Assembly: GCA_042645485.1 (NCBI GenBank)
Contig: JBHRQN010000003.1
Span: forward strand, 2,450-66,449
DNA from: Pauljensenia sp.
GTDB lineage: Bacteria > Actinomycetota > Actinomycetes > Actinomycetales > Actinomycetaceae
Direction: 5' to 3'
Length of the DNA: 64,000 nt
A program made the translations under genes and the position numbers. This document shows, one piece after another, positions 39,556 through 48,032 of the stretch. A model generated the notes under the pieces. The model had not been told where the DNA came from and made no database searches. It saw nothing but the letters and a program-made list of their open reading frames with translations. The number at the start of each line of letters is the position of its first letter. The stretch's first letter is position 1.

Positions 39556-41922
39556 ATGAGCCGGTCCCTAGAGGAACAGCTGAAGTCCCAGGTACGCGCA
39601 GTGTCCGGACGCCCAGAACGCGTCTCGACCGAGATGGAAGCGTGGCAGGGCCTTTCGGCGGCAATCATTGATCGTATTGCTGATCGCTGGCATGCAACTG
39701 AGCGCACCTACGCAGTGGGCCGTATGGAACACTACTTCTCCGCAGAGTTCCTCATGGGACGTGCGTTGCTTAATAACCTCTCCAACCTTGGCATGGTTGA
39801 CGAGGCCCGCGAGGCCTTGGCTGCACTGGGCAAGGATCTGTCCGTGGTTCTGGAAGAAGAACCCGATGCCGCTTTGGGTAATGGTGGTCTTGGTCGTCTG
39901 GCAGCGTGCTTCCTTGATTCTTGCGCGACCTTGGACCTGCCCGTTGCCGGTTACGGCATCTTGTACCGCTACGGATTGTTCAAGCAGCTCTTCGACAATG
40001 GTTTCCAGACCGAGCACCCTGATCCTTGGATGGAAGAGGGCTACCCCTTCGTTATTCGTCGCGAAGAGGAACAGCGCATTGTCCGCTATGCGGACCTGAC
40101 CGTTCGTGCGATTCCTTATGACATGCCGATTACCGGTTATGGCACCCAGAACGTCAATACGTTGCGTTTGTGGAAGGCCGAGCCCATGGAAGAGTTCGAC
40201 TACGACGCGTTCAATTCACAGCGCTTTACTGATGCGATTGTCGACCGCGAGCGCACCATGGATATCTCGCGTGTTCTTTACCCGAACGACACGACCTTTG
40301 AAGGCAAGGTTCTGCGTGTTCGTCAGCAGTACTTCTTCTGCTCTGCGTCGCTGCAGGCCATCGTTGATAACTACGTTGCTGAGCACGGTTCGGACCTGCG
40401 CGGTTTTGCTGAGTACAACGCCATCCAGCTCAATGACACCCACCCGGTTCTGGCCATTCCCGAACTCATGCGCATCCTGATGGATGAGCATGGCCTGGGT
40501 TGGGAAGATGCCTGGGATGTTGTTTCGCGTACCTTTGCGTACACCAACCACACGGTTTTGGCCGAGGCTCTGGAGACCTGGGACATTCACATCTTCGATC
40601 GTCTTTTCCCGCGTATTTCTGAAATCGTTCGAGAGATCGATCGTCGTTTCCGCTTGGACATGTCCGAGCGCGGCGTTGATGGCGCAACCATCGACTACAT
40701 GGCCCCCGTCTCGGGCAATACTGTCCGCATGGCGTGGATCGCCTGCTACGCCTCGTACTCGATCAACGGCGTGGCCGCGCTGCACACTGAAATCATTAAG
40801 CGTGAGACTCTCAAAGAGTGGTACGCGATTTGGCCTGAGCGCTTCAACAATAAGACCAATGGTGTGACTCCGCGTCGTTGGCTCAAGCAGTGCAACCCCC
40901 GTTTGGCAACGCTTCTGGATGAAGTGACCGGCTCGGATCGCTGGGTGACTGACCTTGATGCGCTTTCTGAGTACACGGGTGCCGGTAACTCGGAGCTCTA
41001 CGCTCGTCTGGCTCAGATCAAGCATGCGAATAAGGTTGACTTTGCCGCGTGGATCAAGGATCGCGAGGGCGTCGAGATCGACCCAGATGCAATTTACGAC
41101 GTCCAGATCAAGCGCCTGCACGAGTACAAGCGTCAGCTGCTTAACGCGTTCTACGTCTTGGATCTGTACTTCCGCATCAAGGACAATCCGGCTTTGGATG
41201 TTCCTAAGCGCGTGTTCATCTTCGGCGCGAAGGCTGCCCCCGGCTACATTCGCGCAAAGGCGATTATCAAGCTGATTAACACCATTGCCGACCTGGTCAA
41301 CAATGATCCGGATATCAATGGCCGCATCAAGGTTGTTTTCGTTCACAACTACAATGTTTCGCCCGCCGAGCACATCATTCCTGCCGCGGATATCTCTGAG
41401 CAGATCTCGATGGCTGGTAAGGAAGCTTCCGGTACATCGAACATGAAGTTCATGATGAACGGTGCGCTGACCTTGGGAACCTTGGACGGTGCGAACGTTG
41501 AGATTCTCGAGGCCGTGGGGGAGGAAAACGCCTATATCTTCGGTGCGACCGATGATGAGCTTCCCGAACTGCGTCGCCACTACGATCCTCGTTGGCACTA
41601 CGAGAATGTGCCTGGCTTGAAGCGCGTGATCGATGCCTTGACCGATGGCACCTTGGATGACTCCAACTCCGGTTGGTTCCATGACCTGCGTTGGTCGCTT
41701 TTGGAATCGGGATACGAGCCTGCTGACGTGTACTACGTCTTGGGTGACTTCGCTTCCTACCGTGAGACGAAGGATCGCATGGCACAGGATTACCGCGATC
41801 AGGAAGCCTGGTCGCGCAAGGCATGGATCAATATCACGCGTTCCGGTCGTTTCTCCTCTGATCGAACCATCAGTGACTACGCTCGCGAGGTCTGGCATAT
41901 CAACGCCGAACCGATTGCGTGA
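39556..41922 (+). CDS. glgP: Glycogen/maltodextrin phosphorylase
   Basis: GNGGLGRLAACFLDS and the PLP-lysine region EASGTSNMKFMMNGALTLGTLDGANVE. Confidence 0.93.
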   Translation: MSRSLEEQLKSQVRAVSGRPERVSTEMEAWQGLSAAIIDRIADRWHATERTYAVGRMEHYFSAEFLMGRALLNNLSNLGMVDEAREALAALGKDLSVVLEEEPDAALGNGGLGRLAACFLDSCATLDLPVAGYGILYRYGLFKQLFDNGFQTEHPDPWMEEGYPFVIRREEEQRIVRYADLTVRAIPYDMPITGYGTQNVNTLRLWKAEPMEEFDYDAFNSQRFTDAIVDRERTMDISRVLYPNDTTFEGKVLRVRQQYFFCSASLQAIVDNYVAEHGSDLRGFAEYNAIQLNDTHPVLAIPELMRILMDEHGLGWEDAWDVVSRTFAYTNHTVLAEALETWDIHIFDRLFPRISEIVREIDRRFRLDMSERGVDGATIDYMAPVSGNTVRMAWIACYASYSINGVAALHTEIIKRETLKEWYAIWPERFNNKTNGVTPRRWLKQCNPRLATLLDEVTGSDRWVTDLDALSEYTGAGNSELYARLAQIKHANKVDFAAWIKDREGVEIDPDAIYDVQIKRLHEYKRQLLNAFYVLDLYFRIKDNPALDVPKRVFIFGAKAAPGYIRAKAIIKLINTIADLVNNDPDINGRIKVVFVHNYNVSPAEHIIPAADISEQISMAGKEASGTSNMKFMMNGALTLGTLDGANVEILEAVGEENAYIFGATDDELPELRRHYDPRWHYENVPGLKRVIDALTDGTLDDSNSGWFHDLRWSLLESGYEPADVYYVLGDFASYRETKDRMAQDYRDQEAWSRKAWINITRSGRFSSDRTISDYAREVWHINAEPIA

Positions 41923-41972
41923 ATGCGTAAAAAGCGGCTTATTGAAAGCTGGCTGCATGGCTTAATGCCGTA

Positions 41973-42020
41973 ACGCCCCGTTGGGATTCCCCAACGGGGC
42001 GTTTGCTGTTGTTCGTTTTC
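41973..42020 (+). terminator. Rho-independent terminator after glgP
   Basis: ACGCCCCGTTGGG-ATTC-CCCAACGGGGCGT followed by a T-rich tail. Confidence 0.85.
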
Positions 42021-42026
42021 CGAGCA

Positions 42027-42087
42027 AACTGTATTACTGTGTTGACACAGTTTCGATAGTGTGGCACTGTATTAGTGTATTAATACA
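42027..42087 (+). promoter_or_regulatory. Candidate YtrA-type operator/promoter region
   Basis: TTGACA at 42042-42047. Direct repeat ACTGTATTA at 42028-42036 and 42066-42074. Inverted repeat AACTGT (42027-42032) / ACAGTT (42047-42052). Perfect palindrome TGTATTAATACA at 42076-42087, about 22 nt before the GntR start. Confidence 0.45.
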
Positions 42088-42109
42088 GATAGACAGGAGG
42101 GATACACCG

Positions 42110-42475
42110 ATGCGCATCGATGACACCCGTCCAATCTGGATCCAATTAGCTGATTCGTTCCGCGGTCGTATTACCGACGGTACGTGGAAACCTGGCGAAA
42201 AGATCCCCTCCGTGCGTGATCTCGCGATCGAGGCAGGCACCAATCCCAATACCGTTCAGCGAGCTCTGAGTGCACTTGACGAAGAAGGGCTGACGGTCCC
42301 GAAGCGGACCGCAGGGCGTTTTGTCGCAACTGACGAGTGCGCTCTGCATGCCCTGCGGAAGAACGACGCGCATCTTGCGGCAGATGCCTACATTCGCGCA
42401 TGTCGTTCACTGGGAATCGATCTGGAAGGTGCTCGGGCTCTGATCGATCAACGTTGGGATGCCACGGAGAAGTAG
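42110..42475 (+). CDS. GntR-family transcriptional regulator, short YtrA subfamily
   Basis: Trimmed to ATG 42110 behind AGGAGG. wHTH KIPSVRDLAIEAGTNPNTVQRALSALDEEGL. Only about 121 aa. Confidence 0.85.
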   Translation: MRIDDTRPIWIQLADSFRGRITDGTWKPGEKIPSVRDLAIEAGTNPNTVQRALSALDEEGLTVPKRTAGRFVATDECALHALRKNDAHLAADAYIRACRSLGIDLEGARALIDQRWDATEK

Positions 42476-42491
42476 CCAAGGAGGCAAACTC

Positions 42492-43220
42492 ATGACCACA
42501 CAAACTGAGCGCGGAACGTGTATGGGGCAAGACCTCGTCCACGTTGAGCATCTCACGAAGCATTACCGGAAAACGCCAGCTCTGCGGGACTATTCGCTGT
42601 CACTGGATTCCGGGCACATCGTCGGTCTGATGGGTCCCAACGGATGTGGGAAAACGACGCTGCTGAAAATCCTTGCAGGAGTGCTGAATGATTACCAAGG
42701 ACAGGTGAGTATCGACGGGCATACACCCGGAATCGGTACAAAATCTATTGTTTCGTACTTGCCTTCGGCAGCATTCCTTAACGGCGAATGGACCGTGGAG
42801 CGTGCGATTAACATCTACTCGCGATTCTTTACCGATTTTGAGCCGGAAAGAGCGCGAACCATGGTTGATTTCTTTCAACTCCCCGAAGGGCGACCACTCA
42901 GTGAGATGAGTAAGGGAATGGGGGAGAAGCTTCAAATCAGCCTGATCATGGCGCGCAAGGCGAAGGTTTTCTTGTTGGACGAGCCGATTAGTGGGGTAGA
43001 TCCGGCAACTCGCGACATTATCCTCGAGGGGATTTTGCGTGAGTTTGATCCCGAGTCACTGCTCATCATGTCAACCCACCTGATTTCGGATATCGAACAT
43101 TTCGTTGACTATGCGCTCTTCATGAAAGAGGGACAGGTTCTTCTGCACGGTGATGCGGATGATCTGCGTGCGACGCGTGGGGACTCTTTAGATGCGATTT
43201 TCAGGAAGGAATACCGCTGA
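42492..43220 (+). CDS. ABC transporter ATP-binding protein
   Basis: Trimmed to ATG 42492 behind AAGGAGG. Walker A GPNGCGKTT, signature MSKGMGEKL, Walker B FLLDEP. Confidence 0.88.
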   Translation: MTTQTERGTCMGQDLVHVEHLTKHYRKTPALRDYSLSLDSGHIVGLMGPNGCGKTTLLKILAGVLNDYQGQVSIDGHTPGIGTKSIVSYLPSAAFLNGEWTVERAINIYSRFFTDFEPERARTMVDFFQLPEGRPLSEMSKGMGEKLQISLIMARKAKVFLLDEPISGVDPATRDIILEGILREFDPESLLIMSTHLISDIEHFVDYALFMKEGQVLLHGDADDLRATRGDSLDAIFRKEYR

Positions 43221-44032
43221 TGTTCGGGAAAATGCTGTCTTATGAAATCGGTAGTCGCCTGCGCACTGATCTTCGTCAAATGGGGACCGCTATTGCGATC
43301 CTTGCCGTGACGGTCGGTGTTGTCGCAAGTGGAGTCCCGGGACTGAGCGGGACGATGACCATGTTTGGCTACCTGATGTGCGTAGCTATTCCTGTGGGTA
43401 TCGCGATCAGTGGAATGAGCGACTACTGGAAGACCCTCTACGGACAACAGGGGTACTTCACCATGACTCTGCCCGTGTCAGGTGCCGTGATCTACTGGGC
43501 AAAGGTCAGCCGAATGATCATCGAGTTCCTCGTCGCACTTGCCTTAGCCATCGGCGGGGGCATTGCAGTTGCTTGGGCAGCGGCATGGAGTCAGGGAATC
43601 ACCCTCGCCGACTACACTGCCGGCCCGCGTTCGCTATTTGCGATTTTTTCGACTCTGGCGCTTGCGGTTTTGTTTATTACCTGGATCGTTTCGTGTATTG
43701 CGCTGATTCTTCAGGTCTGTGCGGTCATGAGTATTGCGGCCGAAGGGCGCTTCAACCACATGGGCTTCGGTGCGGTGGCTATCGGATTGGTCCTGCTCTA
43801 CATCGTTGACCAGGTTTTGAGCGGAATTGGAACCTTTTTCATGCCCTTCTCAATGACTCTCGACGGCCATTTCAGTACCGAGGTTATGTGGACGTCATAT
43901 CGCGCGACTTTGGGAACTGATGGGTATCCCAATGTTTGGGGAATGGGCGCATGCATTTTAGTCCCTCTCTTTGCACTATTCCTAGCAGTGTGGGCCTCAC
44001 GCTCGATTGAAAAGAGAACCTCATTGCGTTAA
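43220..44032 (+). CDS. ABC-2-like polytopic membrane protein (putative permease partner)
   Basis: About 6 TM segments. 1-nt start/stop overlap with the ATPase gene. No recognisable motif. Confidence 0.6.
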   Translation: MFGKMLSYEIGSRLRTDLRQMGTAIAILAVTVGVVASGVPGLSGTMTMFGYLMCVAIPVGIAISGMSDYWKTLYGQQGYFTMTLPVSGAVIYWAKVSRMIIEFLVALALAIGGGIAVAWAAAWSQGITLADYTAGPRSLFAIFSTLALAVLFITWIVSCIALILQVCAVMSIAAEGRFNHMGFGAVAIGLVLLYIVDQVLSGIGTFFMPFSMTLDGHFSTEVMWTSYRATLGTDGYPNVWGMGACILVPLFALFLAVWASRSIEKRTSLR

Positions 44033-44136
44033 AAGAGCTGGCCAATAAGCGGTATGCGGCCCGGGACGTATTCACGTGCGCCCCGGGCGCAGCTGTATTC
44101 TTTGAGAGTTATCTGCTTGTGTGACAGGAAAAACCC

Positions 44137-44757
44137 ATGCTCTTCGCGACTTTTATTTCATCTTTCGTTCAGTTGGGAATTGCTCTGCTGATTCCAGCGA
44201 TTTGGTGGGCGGTGACAACTAAGCGTCGCTTGGAATTTGCGACCTGGATTGGTCTTTATGTTCCGACCTGGAAAGTTGGTCCTGTTCAGCGCGTTTCGCA
44301 GAAACAACTGGGCATTGCCTTGGCCTGCTGGGCCGCTGTCTCACTGGCATCACTTCGGATTGCAAGCTCGGTATGGGGTGCTCTGGCGACCTCGCGATTT
44401 ATAGGCGCCGGACTTCTTGCACTCGTCCCGATCCTTCTCTATGCCTTTATTCAGACCGGATTGGCTGAGGAACTATTCTTCCGCGGTTTCTTAGCTAAGC
44501 GCCTATGTTCGTCCTTTGGTTTTTCCCTTGGAAACGCCATTCAAGCCGCTGTGTTTGCTCTTCTTCACTTGCTGTTGTTTATCAACTATCTCCCCGTATT
44601 GAGTCTTGTCGCCATCACGGTCCTTACTGGAATCAATGGCTGGATTATGGGGTGGCTGAACGAACAAGCGGCGGCTGGTTCGGTTATCCCCAGCTGGATG
44701 CTGCACTCTTTGGCAAACCTCTTGGTTGCTCTGGGGACTGCGTTTAATCTTCTGTAG
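44137..44757 (+). CDS. CPBP-family intramembrane glutamic endopeptidase (CAAX protease/Abi family)
   Basis: Motifs EELFFRGF, FALLH and HSLAN in a polytopic protein. Confidence 0.85.
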   Translation: MLFATFISSFVQLGIALLIPAIWWAVTTKRRLEFATWIGLYVPTWKVGPVQRVSQKQLGIALACWAAVSLASLRIASSVWGALATSRFIGAGLLALVPILLYAFIQTGLAEELFFRGFLAKRLCSSFGFSLGNAIQAAVFALLHLLLFINYLPVLSLVAITVLTGINGWIMGWLNEQAAAGSVIPSWMLHSLANLLVALGTAFNLL

Positions 44758-44787
44758 TCTTGAAGCGGACTACTACAGGGGGATCCA

Positions 44788-45663
44788 ATGAATTTTGCGA
44801 CAGCAGTGGCTCAGCCTAATTTCTCGGCTACTCCGCAAAACCCTGATCTGCTCAGATGGGTTGGAATTCAAGTCGCAGTTGTCGTGCTTGCTTGGCTCAT
44901 CGGTATGATCGTTCGCCGTTTCTTGGCCTCGCGAATGACAATGTCCACTGCCTCCGCAACCTTAACTGGCATGCTTGGTATTTGGACTGGACTCCTCTTT
45001 GCGGGTTGGATTTTTTCCGACTCCGATATTTGGCGCCCGGCCATGATCGGTGTTTCGACAGCGGTTGCCATCATTGTTGTCACTGTCTGCGCTCTCATCG
45101 TCGCCTATCTGCATCCGCTTCCCGGCCTTGATCCGATCGCTGACGTTGCCGCGCGAGGAGAATCTGATACGCGCGAATTTAAGTCCAGCGCGCGCTGGAA
45201 TATGCATACCCAGCAACGGGATGATGCGATGGAGACCGTCATTGCCAAGACTGTTGCTGCCTTCATGAATTCCGGTGGCGGAACACTCCTCATCGGTGTT
45301 GATGATGATGGAAAACTCATCGGCTTAGGCCCGGACTATGCGACCTTGAAGAGCCCTGACGCTGATTGTTTTGAACTGTGGATTCGTGATCTGTGGGGAC
45401 AGCGTCTTGGAACTAACGCTGCCGCGTTACCGAGCATCGACTTTGCTCCCGCTACGGATCCCCAAGAGGGTTACGAGGCCCAGGAGGTGTGCCGCGTGGC
45501 TGTTCCTCCCAGCCCGAGGCCGGTTTACCTCCTTGGCCCCAAGGGTAAGGGAACACCCGAGCTGTGGGTTCGCGTGGGGAACTCAACGCGGCGCCTCGAA
45601 ATTCCAGATGCGGTTGAATACATTGCTCACCGCTGGCCTTCTAGCATGCGCACGACATTCTAG
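44788..45663 (+). CDS. Membrane-anchored AlbA_2 / Schlafen-like (AAA_4 N-terminal type) domain protein
   Basis: Three N-terminal TM segments, then ESDTREFKSS...IAKTVAAFMNSGGGTLLIGVDDDGKLIGL, resembling the AlbA_2 divergent-DNA-binding domain core. Confidence 0.6.
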   Translation: MNFATAVAQPNFSATPQNPDLLRWVGIQVAVVVLAWLIGMIVRRFLASRMTMSTASATLTGMLGIWTGLLFAGWIFSDSDIWRPAMIGVSTAVAIIVVTVCALIVAYLHPLPGLDPIADVAARGESDTREFKSSARWNMHTQQRDDAMETVIAKTVAAFMNSGGGTLLIGVDDDGKLIGLGPDYATLKSPDADCFELWIRDLWGQRLGTNAAALPSIDFAPATDPQEGYEAQEVCRVAVPPSPRPVYLLGPKGKGTPELWVRVGNSTRRLEIPDAVEYIAHRWPSSMRTTF

Positions 45664-45785
45664 GGTCGTATTCGCATGTTCCTCTTTACCAGGGGAGGGC
45701 GGCGTGAGCGTCCGGCCGCTCTACCGCGTTCTGTTCAGCGGATCTTGGCGGACTCGGAGGAGTAAGAACCCTCAAAGGGCAGATT

Positions 45786-45815
45786 TAATAAAAACGTATA
45801 AACTATGTTTTATTA
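45786..45815 (+). promoter_or_regulatory. AT-rich imperfect inverted repeat upstream of the DUF2249 gene
   Basis: TAATAAAAAC-N11-GTTTTATTA, about 55 nt before ATG 45870. AT content is strikingly high for this genome. Confidence 0.3.
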
Positions 45816-45869
45816 GAAGCTGATGCTCAGGCGCTTCATTCAGTCGCCGAGCCCCACGAAAGGGATCTC

Positions 45870-46211
45870 ATGATCGAACCTAATTCCGACCTGCCCGAAT
45901 TCGAACTTCGTGATGTTTCTGCCGAAAAGGCCCAGGAGCCTGCTCAGTCCGGTGGATGCGGTTGCGGTTGCGATCACGGTGCTCAGCTTCCGCGATTGGA
46001 TGCACGTCCCTTCCCGCCTCGCCTGCGTCACCCCGCAATCTTGGGTGCCGTTTCTTCTCTGAACGTCGGCGAGGCCATGGAGCTGGTTGCGCCTCACGTG
46101 CCCACGCCGCTTCTTAACCAGATCGATATGACGCTGGAAGGTGAGTTTGCCTACGAACTGGTTGCCGTCAGCGATGAAGGTGCGATTGTTAAAATCTCCC
46201 GCGTTGGCTGA
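45870..46211 (+). CDS. DUF2249-family small protein
   Basis: N-terminal GGCGCGCDHG then LDARPFPPRLRHPAILGAVSSLNVGEAMELVAPH, resembling DUF2249. Confidence 0.65.
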   Translation: MIEPNSDLPEFELRDVSAEKAQEPAQSGGCGCGCDHGAQLPRLDARPFPPRLRHPAILGAVSSLNVGEAMELVAPHVPTPLLNQIDMTLEGEFAYELVAVSDEGAIVKISRVG

Positions 46212-46290
46212 TCAGGAGGTATAGACTGCTCACCTTGAGAGCTTGCGTTCATTCATTAGTACGGGATCGCGCAGGTTCATAGGGGAGTTG

Positions 46291-46330
46291 AAGCGTCCGG
46301 TAGTGGCACACTACCGGACGCTTGTTTTGG
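46291..46330 (+). terminator. Rho-independent terminator; also the left edge of the low-GC island
   Basis: AAGCGTCCGGTAGTG-GCA-CACTACCGGACGCTT followed by GTTTTGG. Confidence 0.85.
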
Positions 46331-46361
46331 GGTGCTGACTGCATGACGGGGTGTGTGACTG

Positions 46362-46391
46362 TTGACGATATTTCTAGGTGAAAAATAAAAT
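46362..46391 (+). promoter_or_regulatory. Candidate sigma-70-type promoter at the island entry
   Basis: TTGACG (46362-46367), 18 nt spacer, TAAAAT (46386-46391). Confidence 0.35.
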
Positions 46392-46655
46392 GTGATACTA
46401 ACGGTCTTTCTGGCGCTTGTGAGAAATTAGGTGTTGAGCTCACGTAGCTTTGGATGAGAGTTACTTTTGTTTCACTTCCCAGTTCAAGTCAAACTTACTT
46501 AGCTGATATTCTTTAGATTTGTAGATTCTGTTTCAGCCGTATGATAGGCTCAATACAACCGGCGAGGTCATAGCATAGAGGCTCCTTGTGCCGTGAACTG
46601 GTGTTGGTGTTATTTTTGTTATTTTTCTGCATGTTTGCGGAGGCGCGCTAAGGAA

Positions 46656-47408
46656 ATGCATACGAAAATTGAGCGGAGGCGACTGATATGGCTCGTATTG
46701 CTTGCTATCTGGCTACTTGTCGTATTGCTTCTGAATTGCTGGGCTTATTTTTTGCTGAGAAATCGACTTGCAGGGAGTGGTCTTGATCCTAATTTGGTCG
46801 TTAAAGTTCTAACAATACCTTTCTTGATGTTCGTCATTTCGTTTCTTTTTCGTTTAGAAAGTGGAAAGGTGAGGAAAGGAGGAGTTGGAGAAAAGATCTG
46901 GGTTGTCCCGTGTGGTCTATATGTGTTCTATTTGGCCGCATATTGTGTTTTCTATGATCTGACGGAGAGCTTTAAAGGCTCGGTGCGCTCATTTTCGGCG
47001 GTGAGTGGCATTATTTCGCCGTATGAAGTGACTATACTATCGTGGATACCACCTTTCGTTATCTCGGTCTTAATACTGTGTTCATCTTTCGAGAGCTTTT
47101 ATTTCAAGCTAGGGTACTATGCGTCTTTCGTTGGCGGTGCGCTCGCAGTTTCAGCCGTATTTCTCCAGGGCTTTCTAAATTCGCTCACACTGCTGGAAAT
47201 TGAGTGCGGTACGCTCGTTGATGAGAAATTTTACCCGCAATGTCAGCAAGAAATTCCGATATTCCATTTTACCCTTGCTGGTTTAGGATCTTTACTTATC
47301 CTTTTCTTAATCGTTTTTTCTTATCTACGGCGAAATCAACGATTAGAAAACATTTTAAAAATAAAACATATTCTCGGGAGTGTGACGATAGGTAAGCGTC
47401 GGCAATAA
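46656..47408 (+). CDS. Hypothetical 6-TM membrane protein with a Cys-containing loop before the last TM (island paralog A)
   Basis: ORF 46593-47408. Start ambiguous: GTG 46593 adds a Cys/aromatic-rich NWCWCYFCYFSAC, ATG 46656 follows AAGGAA. Low GC, no family recognised. Loop LLEIECGTLVDEKFYPQCQQEIPIF. Confidence 0.6.
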   Translation: MHTKIERRRLIWLVLLAIWLLVVLLLNCWAYFLLRNRLAGSGLDPNLVVKVLTIPFLMFVISFLFRLESGKVRKGGVGEKIWVVPCGLYVFYLAAYCVFYDLTESFKGSVRSFSAVSGIISPYEVTILSWIPPFVISVLILCSSFESFYFKLGYYASFVGGALAVSAVFLQGFLNSLTLLEIECGTLVDEKFYPQCQQEIPIFHFTLAGLGSLLILFLIVFSYLRRNQRLENILKIKHILGSVTIGKRRQ

Positions 47409-48032
47409 GGAGTTTTGGGTTACAAATCAATGGTTTAAGCGTGCTTATGCAACCTCTGCCATTGGTGTGTGTAGCGTATATTAACGGAGGCGGCATGTAT
47501 TGCGTACTTAGTTGCTTGATTACGCGTCGGTGTGTCTTTATGTACGATGTTGCTAAGTAAAAGAATATGATGTAATCAAGCGAATACTTGAAAATTGGTG
47601 TGCGGAATTCGGCCGTTTTAAGCTGTGGGAGAAGTTGAGTGCATTGCGATGCTTGTGGAAGTTGCTTGTTGCTTATTAAATAAGGTTGTTTGGGGTTAGG
47701 TGCATTATTGCTCTTGTGAAGTTAGTTAGTGGTTGGTGCGTCAGTCAGAATATATTAGTGTTCTGCTTGGTTTAATTATCTTCCTGCTAGGGGTCTTGAT
47801 TCCTTTTTCGAATTCTGAATATGTTGAGCAAGAGTATTGGCTGAACGTTAGAGTCAGGTGTTTTAATTTTCTGTTTTCAGTATGGTGATGTTGCATTTCT
47901 CCTCGCTATCCGTTTGTCTTTCCTCTGGATCTTCATAAGTGAGAGAGTGAAATTTCTACTTCAATCCGCGGATCGCAGTCAGTGAAGCGTGTCAAAAAAG
48001 ACTGTAATGTCGGTTGGATTTAGAATCTGCGT

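Noticed and set aside
40216-41958. 580-aa minus-strand ORF inside glgP
   Set aside because: Antisense shadow of a strongly supported glycogen phosphorylase gene, with no recognisable motifs.
41981-42109. Upstream extension of the GntR ORF
   Set aside because: It runs through the glgP terminator and the operator-like repeats. ATG 42110 has an AGGAGG RBS.
44040-44100. GCCCGGG…CCCGGGC inverted repeat after the ABC-2 permease gene
   Set aside because: Only 7 bp, with a 16-nt loop and no U-tract. Too weak to call a terminator.
45371-45823. 150-aa plus-strand ORF overlapping the end of the AlbA_2 gene
   Set aside because: Out of frame with a better-supported gene. Arg-rich, no motifs.
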